Assembly (NCBI GenBank): GCA_046563655.1
Contig: CM102286.1
Span: 1,798,001-1,862,000 of the forward strand
DNA length: 64,000 nucleotides
Reading direction: 5' to 3'
Source: Yuukianura sp. NJ FZ-2021
Lineage: Eukaryota
Positions within the stretch are counted from its first letter, which is position 1. Each line of letters begins with the position of its first letter. Positions 33,199 to 44,824 of this stretch are shown in pieces. Made by a program: the position numbers and the translations under genes. A model generated the notes under the pieces. It was not told the origin of the DNA. It ran no database searches and saw only the letters and a list, made by a program, of their open reading frames with translations.

Positions 33199-35780
33199 TT
33201 ATCCCGAGAGATCGTTGATTTTATACATATTGTAATCGTATATCTCTCCAATGACTCTCCTCCCACCAAAGAACCTTCCATGCAAAACACCTCTAGCGGA
33301 TTCAGCTTCTGCAAAACAAAAAAAGCGCACGGTGATTAACATATTTTTGCAACAAAATTGCTCAAATAGAAATTCTATGTAAAGTTACCTGCTGCGTCAG
33401 AAAATTCTACAAAGATTTTTACTACAACATTTGCATCAATGTCTTCAGACTGTCGTTCTTGGTAAATCACCACCCGTCGAACAGTTCCATAGTTGCTACA
33501 TTCGTCTGTAATCTCATCTTTCAGAGTGTCATCAACATCCTCCGGAGATACCATGTTACGCAACACGATGACCGGTGAAGTTTCACTACGCATTAGTTTT
33601 TGCATCACGAGGTGACGAGCACTCTGCCCCTTGATGGACAAGTTTTCTTGGGATGACAAGCTCGCGTTCTCGCCTTCGTCAACGCTGGTCTTCCGCCGTG
33701 GATCTTCAACCTAAAAAACACACAAACTTTATACGTTTTCCAATCGTTTGAAAACTTTATCCAAAAATGTTTGATGATTGGCCAAGTTTAGTGTTTGCGT
33801 ATTTGCGTACCACGGGTGGAACTGGAACAGGTTTCTCGACGGGGATACCTCCAGCAGGCCAAACGGGAGGTACCATTGCTGGAACAGTAGTGTAGCCTTG
33901 AGATGCTGCTGGAAGTACTGGAGTCATGGGCATCACTACTCCAGGCGGAGGAATAGCAGCGGCTGGACCAGGAGCAAATCCACCCAAACCTTAAGTTTAA
34001 AACAGAAATTACGTTAATACCTTAAATTAACAAACTTAACACAAAGTAATTAAAGTTGCACAGATAAGGTAATCATGGACTCACGTCCAGTGGATGTGGA
34101 TGGGGCTTGAGGTGTAGTTTGTGGTTTCATTAAACTTGCAAGCATTTGTGTCTGAGATGTAAAAGAAGTGGTGGCAGGTAGAATTCCGATGCCTGGAATG
34201 GCAACGCCTGGCGGCGGCAAAGCTGATGCTGGACCAACTCCAGCAACACTCGGTGAAGTACCGAGTCCTCCGAAGGTTGGTGTCATCTAAGGAACGAAAT
34301 ATTTCATTTTAAACTTCAATATCAATTGATTAGTTGTGTAATTTGTTAAAAAGTAATTAGTAAACCTGTGGACTAGTTAATTTCCCAAGCGGGGAAGTTC
34401 CAAATCCCAAACTGGGACTTATGTCCATCGAAGCTGGCGGCAATCCAGTATGGGTCGCTCGTGGTGAAGTTCCTTCTTTAGATAAACCAAACACCGCAGC
34501 AGTATTTGTGACAGCCTCCATAGCTTGGATCTTAGCAGTAGCCGCGGCGGCTGCAACTGCAGCAGCCGTTGGCATTTGACTTTGTCCAGGATTCGCTTGA
34601 AGTGCGTTAGGAGGCGTAATGGCTTTTCCTACGCGAAGGTACTGTCCTCCAAGGTCAAATAGATTCATTGAAGCGATGGCCTCAGCAGCTGATTGGGCTA
34701 ATTCGTACTCTATGAATCCATAACCACGATGTTTTCCCGGGGTTGGTCCTGGAGCTAGTTTACAAGCAAGAATCTTCCCAAAGGCTTCAAAGACGCTGTT
34801 TCAAATGAATTAGTGGAAGAATCACTGACCATCGCTTTCAAATTGAAATTAAAGTTTAAGTTCTTACCTTTTGATATCATCTTCGCTGAGATCAGAATGG
34901 ATCGACGCGACATAAATCCGATGATAAACTTTGGCCTCCTCCATCAGATCATCAATTACCTGATCCATGTGGGAGAATTTTATCCTCGTGTCTCTTCCGC
35001 ACTGAAAAGCACGAAAAACGTTAATACTCGATGACGAAAGTTTGGAATATTAATAACAATTTTGTAGTAAAAGTATTACCTTGATGTTTCGTCCTCCGAT
35101 CATCACTCCGTTCATTTGTTCCAGAGCCAGTTGAGCCGCTTCCGGTAAATCATATTCCACAAAGGCAAATCCTTTGTGCTTTTGAGCCACTGGATCCCAA
35201 GACATGTTGATAGTTTTAATGGGACCGAATGGAGCAAAAGCCTGTCGAATCGTGTCTTCCCTTAGCTCAAAGCTTATACTGCCAATGTACACGCGGCACA
35301 TTAAAACCAGAGCTTGATGACGTTGTAGTGATTTTGCTTGCTAAGAATCGGGAAAATGCAATATATAATTAAAAGAGCCTTTCTAATGGATGCTAAAGAA
35401 TCTTACCTGCTGCTGATGGGCCAGTGTCTGTTTCATCAAGACGTATTTGATACTCTGCTCCATAGCATACTTCTTAGCCCGTGCAATGTCTTCTTGATCT
35501 CGTCGACTGACCTTAGGTAAAGCAACTCCAAGAATACTCGCTGCAATATCCCTCTTCGCTCCTGGACCTATTCAAAGAATGACACAAATTACTCCATCCA
35601 TACAATTGTACAAAAAATGTTATTAGTAATTTCTAGCTTACCAGGAACTAAGGGCCCGGTTTGAACAAGATCCGAGATTGGCACCGATAGAAACTCGTCT
35701 TGTGCCATGTCTTCAATCTTTTGCCGTTTTAGAAACGGATCCACGTAGACTCCGCCAATTGTATAGTTGCTGCTCATCAT
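33199..35780 (-). CDS. PUF60: Poly(U)-binding splicing factor PUF60 / half pint, multi-exon
   Basis: RRM1 [29 protein letters not shown]...[12 protein letters not shown]2 [35 protein letters not shown], and UHM domain [14 protein letters not shown]...GRFFGGR. Confidence 0.95.
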
Positions 35781-36098
35781 CTTCTTTCCTCTATATACAG
35801 TATGTAGTCAATATTGATTACTCACAAAACCAAATAGCTAAAATCACAACTGATATTCATTGAAGTGATTACCTTGTGTAATTGTTATTGCTCACTTCAA
35901 ACAAAACGATTTGGTATCCTTCGAACTGTAACGCTGAACAAAGTTTATCTCCGTTAACCCTGCTCAACTGTGAATAATTCAGTAAAGCAATAATTCCGAA
36001 ATCCAATAAGTCAAGCAATATGCGCAATGCTAAACTTCTAAAACAATTAAGATTAATGTTTAGAAATTACAATCGACGTAAATAAAAATTATTACAAA

Positions 36099-37423
36099 CA
36101 GTCCAGGCAAGTCTCCCGTGGCAGAGTCCTGGTCGCCTCCTGTAGCGACCCAGGGTCGCTAAAGGAGGCGGCTCTGTCTCTCCTCCAAGCGACCCGTTCC
36201 AGACCCATCTTGTGGCAACTACTGGAACCACACCCAGGTCGCAGCCCGCGGCGACCCGGTCTCAGAAATTGGTCTTTGCAGTGTTGCCTATAACTCCCAT
36301 GTATTTTCTATGGGCTTATTCTAGCGTAGCACTGTGGCTATTTTTGTTTAATGTTTCAACTGCAAGTTTTTGAATTGGATTGCAAACCGACAAGTGTATG
36401 ATATATGGAAAGAAAGAGGAAAAGACGGGAACCATTTTGCAAATTGTGATGTAGGCTAAAAAAAAGAGTTTATTTTAATAAATTCTAACTTTTTTGTTTT
36501 ACACCCTTTTTTTGAAAAATTCTTCCAGAATCGTGTTCAGCATTTTTAAGCTAGTTAACAAACCGATTTTCATTGATATCGGAAAAAGTTTTTTTTCCCG
36601 AAATTTTGAGGAAAAAAATTCTTTTTAACATCATTTTTTTTTAATTTACTTTTTTTTTGTTATCAGAGGTGCATAGGGAAAAATTCCCGTAATTTTCAAA
36701 AATGTTTTCTAAAAGGTATTCAATGGGCAACAAAGGCGTTAAGATTTTAATTATATACAATACTAAATAAATTAATTAGTAATTTTTAGTTAAAAGAAAT
36801 GTTGAATAACTGCCATAACTGAAATCGAAATTTGACAACCAAATATTGAAATTGTACCCCATGTGCAATTTCATTGATTTTCAATGCATCTTGGATGGAT
36901 ACAGCGTTGCCGCTTTTCGTAAAAAATTTTGCGGGTGAGTCGCAGCCTGTGGAGACCCGGCCTCCCGTCACTGCGACTTTGTCAATTGGACTAGAATTTT
37001 CGTTAAATATTTCTGATTAATGCTTAAATTAATCTAAAACTAATTACTGTTTTAAAAACTAGACAAAATTTGGCATCGACTGATGTCAAATTCGCCAAAA
37101 AAGCTTTTTCCTAACACCCTGAAATTAGGGTTTGACAAAGAAAATTTGAATATCTTGGGCCACGGGGTCAAGGACGGAAAACCCAACGATGCAAAGTTGC
37201 GAAATTACGTTTTCTATCGATTAAAAGAAAGAAAACAGTACCTTTCTCGGTGGGAAGTCCGTCCTAACACCGAAAAACTAAATTAGTCGCTAGGAGCAGA
37301 GGCTGGGTCTCTTGGGACTGCGACCCAGTGACAGGAGTCGCTAGAGGAGGAGACCCAGTCTCAGAGTCTTGCGACTTTTAAGCTGGAGACTGGGTCGCAG
37401 CCAGGAGCGACTTGCCTAGGCTG
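36099..37423. mobile_element. ~1.3-kb non-autonomous DNA transposon with 17-bp TIRs, GC-rich subterminal repeats and candidate 5-bp TSD
   Basis: Left end CAGTCCAGGCAAGTCTC against right-end reverse complement CAGCCTAGGCAAGTCGC. ACAAA flanks both sides (36094-36098, 37424-37428). Many GGTCGC/GCGACC motifs sit in both subtermini, and there is no transposase ORF. Confidence 0.75.
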
Positions 37424-37622
37424 ACAAATTACGAAAATGTTTTTAGCCGCAAAATAAATTTAAAGTCTCTGTCGTTCCCGCGTTTTGTTAGATTTGGCGT
37501 CTTTTGGCGTGACACTCATACAGATACGAAATGAAAATCCCGTTCAGTGCAGTGCAGTAGTGCATAAAACTTTTTATGTTACCTAACTTTTTACCTAACC
37601 TAAAAAAACCTAATAAGCATCG

Positions 37623-37748
37623 TTCTTGAGGAGGTTAATAAACTTCTTGAGGAGGTAAATAAACTTCTTGAGGAGGTTAATTAATCATGTTCATGGTGAA
37701 TTAATTACTTAATAATTAACCTTATTTACTTCTTGAGGAGGTTAATAA
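37623..37748. repeat. 21-bp tandem repeat (3 adjacent copies plus 1 detached)
   Basis: CTTCTTGAGGAGGTTAATAAA units. Confidence 0.85.
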
Positions 37749-38924
37749 TTACTCGAACTTGAATTATACAAGGGTTAAAATTTAATGTTCGTAAACCAAC
37801 ATATTTTAGGTGGCAATCCGACGGGCACATCATCCACCAGTTTCTGAAATTATACGAACCAAAATTTGTATACCGTTTCGACTGCTCATCACTTGACCAC
37901 CGCCGTTGCACTGAACACAATTTTTGAAAACTTACGTAGTACTGGCAAGTAAATTGTCTGTTTTTTTTAGTTTAAGCTTACCGGCGTACAGCTTGTTCCA
38001 GTTCCACGACTAGGCAAAATCGTCGTGTCGTTTTCACGCTGCTTGACAAACAAATGTTGAATCAGACTGACGCTACCGTTCTGAAGGTATCGTGGATCCC
38101 TTTGGTCAGCATTGTCTCGAGCACCCCGTCCACCAATAGTATAGAAAATGTAACCGAAAATGGATTTTAACCTCTGACCTCTCAAAGATGAAGAAATCTC
38201 TCTCAAAGATGAAAAGCAGCGACAGAAATTATTACTGCCGTGCCGCGGACCATTAATTTCAGCAGCAGTAGCAAACAGAAAAAAAAACAGGAAGAAAAAT
38301 TCATGTAACCAATAATCGTTAGTCGTGTTAAAAGCAGAAAAAAAATGCCGGCTCGATAAGCTGATTCAAATCATATATAATTTATAGAAGAATATCTGGA
38401 AGCACATGACATCGTGCAGGTGTTTTTGCGGTTTCCTATTTGATCTGAATAGCATGTCTCTTCCAGTTATTTTTAAAATTTTCGCATGTTCAGAAAATTA
38501 GTTCAACTCAGCTTGGTTCAACAACTACTATCTGAAAAAAAGCGAAAATTTCAACGGACTATCCTACAAACTTTAAATTAAATTAAATGTGATCAATTAA
38601 TTAAAAATTAAATGTTACATCCAAATTAATTGCAGCCAAAGAGTCGAAAAAATATCCTAAAATCTTAGTATTGTAAAAAATACTTTCATCCCATTTGAAT
38701 ATTTTTCAACCGCGGCCTTTACTGTTTCAAATTTAGGTCACATTTACTTGTTCCTAATTTCAAAAATGACATAAAAATGAGAATTGAAGAAAAACCGGGT
38801 TAACAAAATCCAAAAATTTGTGTCGTAAACTCCAGAATTTTCCATTTAGCTTTCAGTTTAATTCCAAAATTCACCCAAAGAATTCCATTTTTAACATTAG
38901 AAAAACTTTATTCTAAAGCATAAG

Positions 38925-40298
38925 ATGTTGGATTGGGCCAACAGAGTTTGGGTTTTTGCTGTTGGTCTGAGTTTGATTTTTGGTGCTACTGTGAGTTTGA
39001 AAAACACAAAATAAAATTTGTTTATTTGTACCTTTCAAATTTTTTGTGCCAATTTCTTGAGAATTCAAAAAGTTCATTTTTTTCAGATATGTGATGCTGC
39101 AGACCATGAAGGAACTGAAATTCCGCTTGAAGGAAATGGTTACATCACAAAAAGCGCGAATGAAGAAGATAAAGAAGATATTGATTATGCGATCATAAGT
39201 TTCTCCGGACTGCAGGTGTGGAACAGCAACGAAACTGTCGTCAGTGTCTATTTCAAATTTGCAACCCGCCAAGTATTTCAAGTGGCTCTTAGCGTTATGC
39301 CGTATGGGTTAAGTCAGATACAAGTGACCATAGGTACCAAGCAAGTGAACGTAACCATCAAGGGTAATAAACCTTACAACCAATCCGTCGGAGCTTTCGC
39401 TGCCCCGCCAGGTTATATAAAAGTGGACCTCCAAGGGATTTCCAAGACAGGCGATTACTACGCAGACGTAGAAGCCTTGGTCCTGCACAACGTTATTGGC
39501 AACATAGTTTACGTCAAAAACGAATTTGCTACTTTCAGAAACAGACGTGGACCCACTCTCTATTTGAACTACAGACCGAAAACGACAAAACCCATTGAAT
39601 ATTTTTACAATGAGGTTTTTGTACCCAAAGACCAAGATATTTACGGTTGTTACTTCATGGTCGCAGGATTCGCTGATGGATACTTTGGATTCCAGCGTAT
39701 TCACCCCGAGTTCAAGCTAATACTGTTTGACGTTAGGCCAGTCGATAACACGGACAAAAATCGGGTACGACTTTTGAAAATGGACCCTAATGTCAAACGT
39801 GACGGCCAAGGAGGAAGTGCTGGCTTGGAATATGACTGGAGAACAGAGACGAAATATAAATTTTTGGTTTTTGGCGCCCCAACACCGGATGGAAAGGGAA
39901 CAAACTATACAGGGTGGTTCAAGGCTCCGGACCCTGCGAAATGGCGCCTCGTTGCGAGTTTTATGAAACCAAAAGTAGCTCATAATTTGGATAACCTTTA
40001 CTCTTTTTCAGAAAATTTTGTTGAAAAGCAGGGCCACATTACAAGGAAGGTTTTATTTGGGAACCAATGGGTGAGAACATCGGATGGCAAGTGGCATGAA
40101 GTGACCAAGGCACTGTTTACGGGCGATGCAGAGTCAACAGCGGGCCGAGAAGATTATGCTGCTGGGTTGGACTGGGATCCCACGATGTTTTATCTCAAGA
40201 GCACAGGATTTTTCAATGAAAAAGTGGACACTAACGAAGAATTTACGAGACTAAAGACAAATCAAGTTCCAACGGTCAACATCACTGCGTTGCCCTAA
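38925..40298 (+). CDS. Secreted DUF5077/DUF3472-like protein of bacterial type, 2 exons (38925-38990, 39087-40298), ~425 aa
   Basis: Motifs RRGPTLYLNY, EYFYNEVFVP, YFMVAGFADGYFGFQ, LEYDWRTETKYKF, WRLVASF, YSFSENF, FGNQWVR and REDYAAG resemble the Bacteroidetes-type DUF3472 family as I recall it. Exon 1 encodes the signal peptide MLDWANRVWVFAVGLSLIFGAT and joins in phase 0 via GTGAGT...TTTCAG. Confidence 0.8.
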
Positions 40299-41359
40299 TT
40301 TTTTGCTACATCTGGTAAAAATCTGACTTAGCTTGACCCTAGTTTTAGAAATTCGGCCAATTTCAATCTTAGTTTTACAAAACTTGCAGGTGGCTACGAA
40401 AATTCTAGAATTTTGTTTTCCTTTCATTAAATAAAATGACAAAATATTGCAAATACAATGTCGAATTTCAAGATTTAGACTCGTTTTAAAAAAAAACATG
40501 AAAGCAAACACAATGGTTGTGAAAAAAGTGTGTGTGTTTGATATTTCACGTGAAAGTGTGGAGCAGAAATCGGCAAAAGTACGAAGGGAAATTTCACCGA
40601 ATTTTTTCATTTTCTTTTGCGCGGAAGTGGAACTAACGTCGAGGTCAACTGGGTTTAAAATTCATGCGTGGCTTAAACTTTGCATAAACAATGCACTCAA
40701 TGCAGTACTCAAGGGCTGAGCACTGGTCCTCTGGAGAGAGCTGACAATTAATATGACTTTTAGACTGGACTGTCGAAAAACCGTGGAAGAAAAACAATGG
40801 AAAACCATTTCCATGGAATTCGTTCATCGCAGCTTCGCTTATATTCATATTCGTATACTATTCAGGGATGAGGCGGGGGCTTTGTTTTGTGCACGAGTTG
40901 CACGGGTAACCCATCGCGTATCAATAGTACAATGAACAAGTAAGTACCAGGGTTTGTTAAATTTGATTTGCTTCAAAAGGCTACTACCTAGCTGTTTTTA
41001 AAATTTTCAAAAAATCTTTTTTTCTGCATGTCTTTGCACGAGTAGTTTTCTTAAGTATTTTGTGCCTGGACTTCGCTGGTTGGAGTTTTTGATTCAGATA
41101 CCTCATATTCTGATGAACGTACTGATACAAACACTTTTGGATTCCACATTTAATGTACTGAGATACACTCTGGAAGAGAACAATTATTCACCATTGTTTG
41201 TTTGTTTGTTTAATTTTGCTTTGTTTTTTTTGTTGTAAAAATTTTGTTTAAAAAATGCCAAATGTGTCCACCCTAGTTAAAGAAATTAAAATTATTAAAA
41301 TTGAAAATCCCCTTGACAACGCTGTTTCGGATTGGTAACTTTAGCTTAATTTGACTCTA

Positions 41360-42096
41360 CTGTTCATTTTTTTTACTGTGCAGTTGTTGGCATTAATTTT
41401 TCAAGCGTCACCCCTAGAAACTTGGTAGGTTGCCGTAAGGAAAACTTATCATCAAATGTTTATTGAGCTTTAGAAAATTCTTCTTTTCTCTTTCGTAAAA
41501 TGCGAATCTGTTTTCGGAGTATTTTGATTTCCAAAATGCCCGAAACCTAAGATTTCAGCTGAAAAGGACATGATTGTTAGCGTAACGGAGACCTTTAAAA
41601 TTTTTTAAAAGTTGTCAGAAGATCCGAACTTCCCTAGAATATTAAGAAGTGGATTCTATAAAGTATAATGGTGCGCCCACTAAAGTTTATGTTTGGCAAA
41701 TTAAATGGAAAACCCGTTCCTATGGACAGACCGGACGTCGCTGCTCATTGTGGCAAGTATTTACGATGGGTGAATGAGGGACTCATGAAGGACAAAGGCT
41801 GGTGTATTCCGAAAAGCTGTGTTGCCGAGATGAGTAAACTCGAACGTCCGATTTTTACTCACCTCGGGGAAGAAAGTTCAGAGTCCGATAGCGAAAGCGC
41901 TAGCTCTTCAGATTCATATGAAAACTAAAATTATGCATTCTCAATTTCGGTTAGAAATACGAAAAAAAATATACGCAAACGGTTGAATTTCTGAATACAC
42001 GTGGTTGTGATTGCATCACTTCAACCTAAGCAGTTTCTAAGGGCGACACTTGAAAAATTGATATCAACAACTGCACAGTAAAAAAAAAATGAACAG
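41360..42096. mobile_element. 737-bp DNA transposon derivative with ~75-bp TIRs and TA flanks, carrying an 86-aa ORF
   Basis: CTGTTCATTTTTTTTACTGTGCAGTTGTTGG...CTAGAAACTTGGTAGGTTG is inverted at ~42022-42096. TA at 41358-41359 and 42097-42098. Internal ORF at 41668-41928. Confidence 0.8.
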
Positions 42097-42098
42097 TA

Positions 42099-42365
42099 GA
42101 GAGGTCTAGATTTGCTGATTCTGATTCTAAAAGCTGATTCTAGGCCCAAAAGGGGCGGTTACAATATTTTCTAGAATCAGTTTCTCCCTTTCTAAAAAGA
42201 TAACTCCGGACCTGATTCTGATTGTACTTTACTTTAGCCACATTCAAATTTTGAATTTTCCGGGGTGAACTACAGTCAGAATCAGAAAAAACTGGAACTC
42301 CAGCACCATTTTACTCTGATTCTGATTCTACTAGAGTCAGAATCAGTTTAACATCTGGACCTCTC
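42099..42365. mobile_element. 267-bp MITE with TIR GAGAGGTCYAGAT and internal CTGATTCT repeats
   Basis: TA-GAGAGGTCTAGAT ... ATCTGGACCTCTC-TA, with multiple (CTGATT)n and AGAATCAG subterminal motifs. Confidence 0.75.
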
Positions 42366-43024
42366 TAAAAATAACTTTTATTATATCAGAGTTTGTATTT
42401 TCTTGTTTAATAATTTGGAGTGTTTTCGAAAAACACGAATTCCGTGTTTCTTTTGAAGATAATATGCTAATATGTATCTAGCGTTCAGCCATTTCTGCAT
42501 TTTGTTTTGCCAACTATGGTATAAAGTAAGCTTTCCAAAAAAGTGTTTTTGGAAAATAGTTTTGGAAGCGAAACCCGAGCTGAAATTTAAAATTCAAGTG
42601 TGAATTGCATCTATTCTTATCTAAAAACGAAAAAATGACAAACTTTGTTTTTGTTCGATTAACATTAGATAATGGCCATACAGGGGGCGGCGTTGTATTT
42701 TAAACACTTCGTTTCTGTCATTTAACTTTGTAAACTTAAATGACTTAATTAAGTTAATTAATTCAAAATGACGGACAAAATGGTCGCCAAACTGGAAGCC
42801 TCTATCATGACTTTTTCCACGGCGTACTCTCACATCAGGGGTACCAGAGACAGTTAAAAACGTTAAATGACGCTTCTGTTGTGTTTATTACATTTTATTA
42901 CATTACAGACAGTTATACATAATCTTAGTCATCATGTTTATATATATCTGCCATATTTACATAAAGTATCTACTTTTATGAAATATTTATACTATATAAT
43001 CGTTTTTATTTATTCATTTATATA

Positions 43025-43248
43025 CAGTGAACGCCAGCTAAAAGAGTACACCCAAAAATCAGTACTTTGTTGAATTTACGCCACTGTGAAGGGAAAACGA
43101 CTGAAATAACGCGATTTTCAAAATTTCTTTCATAAGAGTTAACTAAAGTTTCAAATTTTGAGTTAGCTCTCCCCTCGTGTTTACATAAGTTTTAACTTGT
43201 TTCTATGGAAACAAAATGGGGGTGTACTCTTTTAGCTGGCGGTCACTG
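43025..43248. mobile_element. 224-bp Tc1/mariner-type MITE (TA TSD), copy 1
   Basis: TA-CAGTGAACGCCAGCTAAAAGAGTACACC ... GGTGTACTCTTTTAGCTGGCGGTCACTG-TA. Confidence 0.92.
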
Positions 43249-43266
43249 TATATTCGTCAATATATT

Positions 43267-43839
43267 TTAAGCTATGAAGCTGTTAACTCCCAACATCGTC
43301 CGGCAATTTCCACACCGATGTTCAATGTCTTTGAAAACTTCTTTTTGTTTTTTACCTACTTTGCGTTGCAAGAAGTATCCACCAATCACCGCTACTATTA
43401 CGACGGGCACGCCTATAAATGCGTAGTAGGTGTTTGTAAAATATGCAACCAATCCACATGTTACCGCCACCATTACCACACCCACAATGGCTGGTATGAT
43501 AGAAACTTTGGTAGCCGCCGTCACAACTTTGTTGTCTACTTCAGTAATAACGGTCATCGTGAAGCTGCGACAATTTGGACACACGACGTTAACGGGATTT
43601 CTTCCATTGGCGGCAATTGCAGCTGTAGCAGCGTGACTCGCAAGTACAGTTTCGCTCGTGCTTCCTAGGTTCGTACCTAACCCAGCGTTCCATTGTTGCT
43701 GCTGTGCTGGGGGCACAAATCCAATATTCCCGTATGGTGTGAACGGTTGCGGTTGCGGTGGATAACCAGCGTTGTGCTGTTCAGACACGATATAAGGCGG
43801 TGGACGTTCTTGATTTGTATTCGGTTTTGCTTGTGCCAT
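43267..43839 (-). CDS. LITAF-like zinc-ribbon membrane protein (190 aa)
   Basis: Pro-rich N-terminus with PPPY, then PVNVVCPNC ... KDIEHRCGNCRTMLG flanking a long hydrophobic segment. Confidence 0.85.
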   Translation of the reverse strand: MAQAKPNTNQERPPPYIVSEQHNAGYPPQPQPFTPYGNIGFVPPAQQQQWNAGLGTNLGSTSETVLASHAATAAIAANGRNPVNVVCPNCRSFTMTVITEVDNKVVTAATKVSIIPAIVGVVMVAVTCGLVAYFTNTYYAFIGVPVVIVAVIGGYFLQRKVGKKQKEVFKDIEHRCGNCRTMLGVNSFIA

Positions 43840-44824
43840 TTTTACTAGTCAAATTTTTTAATTTTCAAAAATAGTTAGAATCTATGAGAACCCGTTCTTT
43901 CTAAAGTGGAATTTTTTGCTGAATTAAAAATTGAATTCGTTGTATCTTGTATTAAATAAACCAAACCAACTGTTTTTTCTGAAGTTTTTGTTTCTCAATT
44001 ATCAGTGTAATACTGCTAATGCTTATCTTTCCTGTTGCAAGTAGTTTCTTCCTGGAAAAACACGTCGAGCACAAATTATAAAACTGATAAGAATCATGTC
44101 AGTGAAATTTTTGTTACTTTGTTCAATTAATAAAGCTAACTTTAATAAAAAAAAATCATGTCAGTTTTTGCTAAATCAAGGTTTTTAGTTAAAAGATAAC
44201 CGTCGTTTCCAATAGTGTATTTTGATTTTGCAAAACGAACGTAACCAAACTTTTTAGTGTAATATGAACATTCAGAGAAAAGTTGAGTCGGGGAAGTTAA
44301 CTTTAGTTTAACTTGAAACTATTACTATAACATTTACTATATAACATGCTATAAATTAACTTTTTATGTAAGCAATAAAAAAATTATAAGCTTTGTTTTT
44401 ATTTTAATTTTATCACATTAGATATTGCCTGCATAAGACAAATATTAAATAGCCAACTTTAAAATACTGAGGTAATTTCAAATGAAAAAATAATATAAAA
44501 ATGTCTTCCGAAGAAAGTTAGGCATGGTTGCATGCACGTTTTTGTATTCTCAACTCTCTTAGTATTCAATTTTATAAATTATTTAAATTATTTCAAACCC
44601 AGACTAGAGATGTTCATATTCATATTATAGTTTGCATTATACCAGGATCAATGATTTTAAATTATGTATTTGTTCAAGTTAGGTCATTTTCCAAAGTCAA
44701 ACGGAATCCAACGCCACTATATTTTTTACATTTCAAATTCAACTTCTTTTGTGCAGCAAGTAAGAATAGGTTATCCAACTACATTATATTTTTTTCCTTT
44801 CATATAATACAACAATTTTCAAAA

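Noticed and set aside
37623..37748. 21-bp repeats containing GAGGAGG (Shine-Dalgarno-like or CRISPR-like)
   Set aside because: A simple head-to-tail tandem repeat with no downstream ORF and no spacers.
38925..40298. Bacterial contamination in the assembly
   Set aside because: It has a canonical spliceosomal intron with an in-frame signal-peptide exon, AT-rich host-like flanks and no neighbouring bacterial genes. Long reads are still needed for proof.
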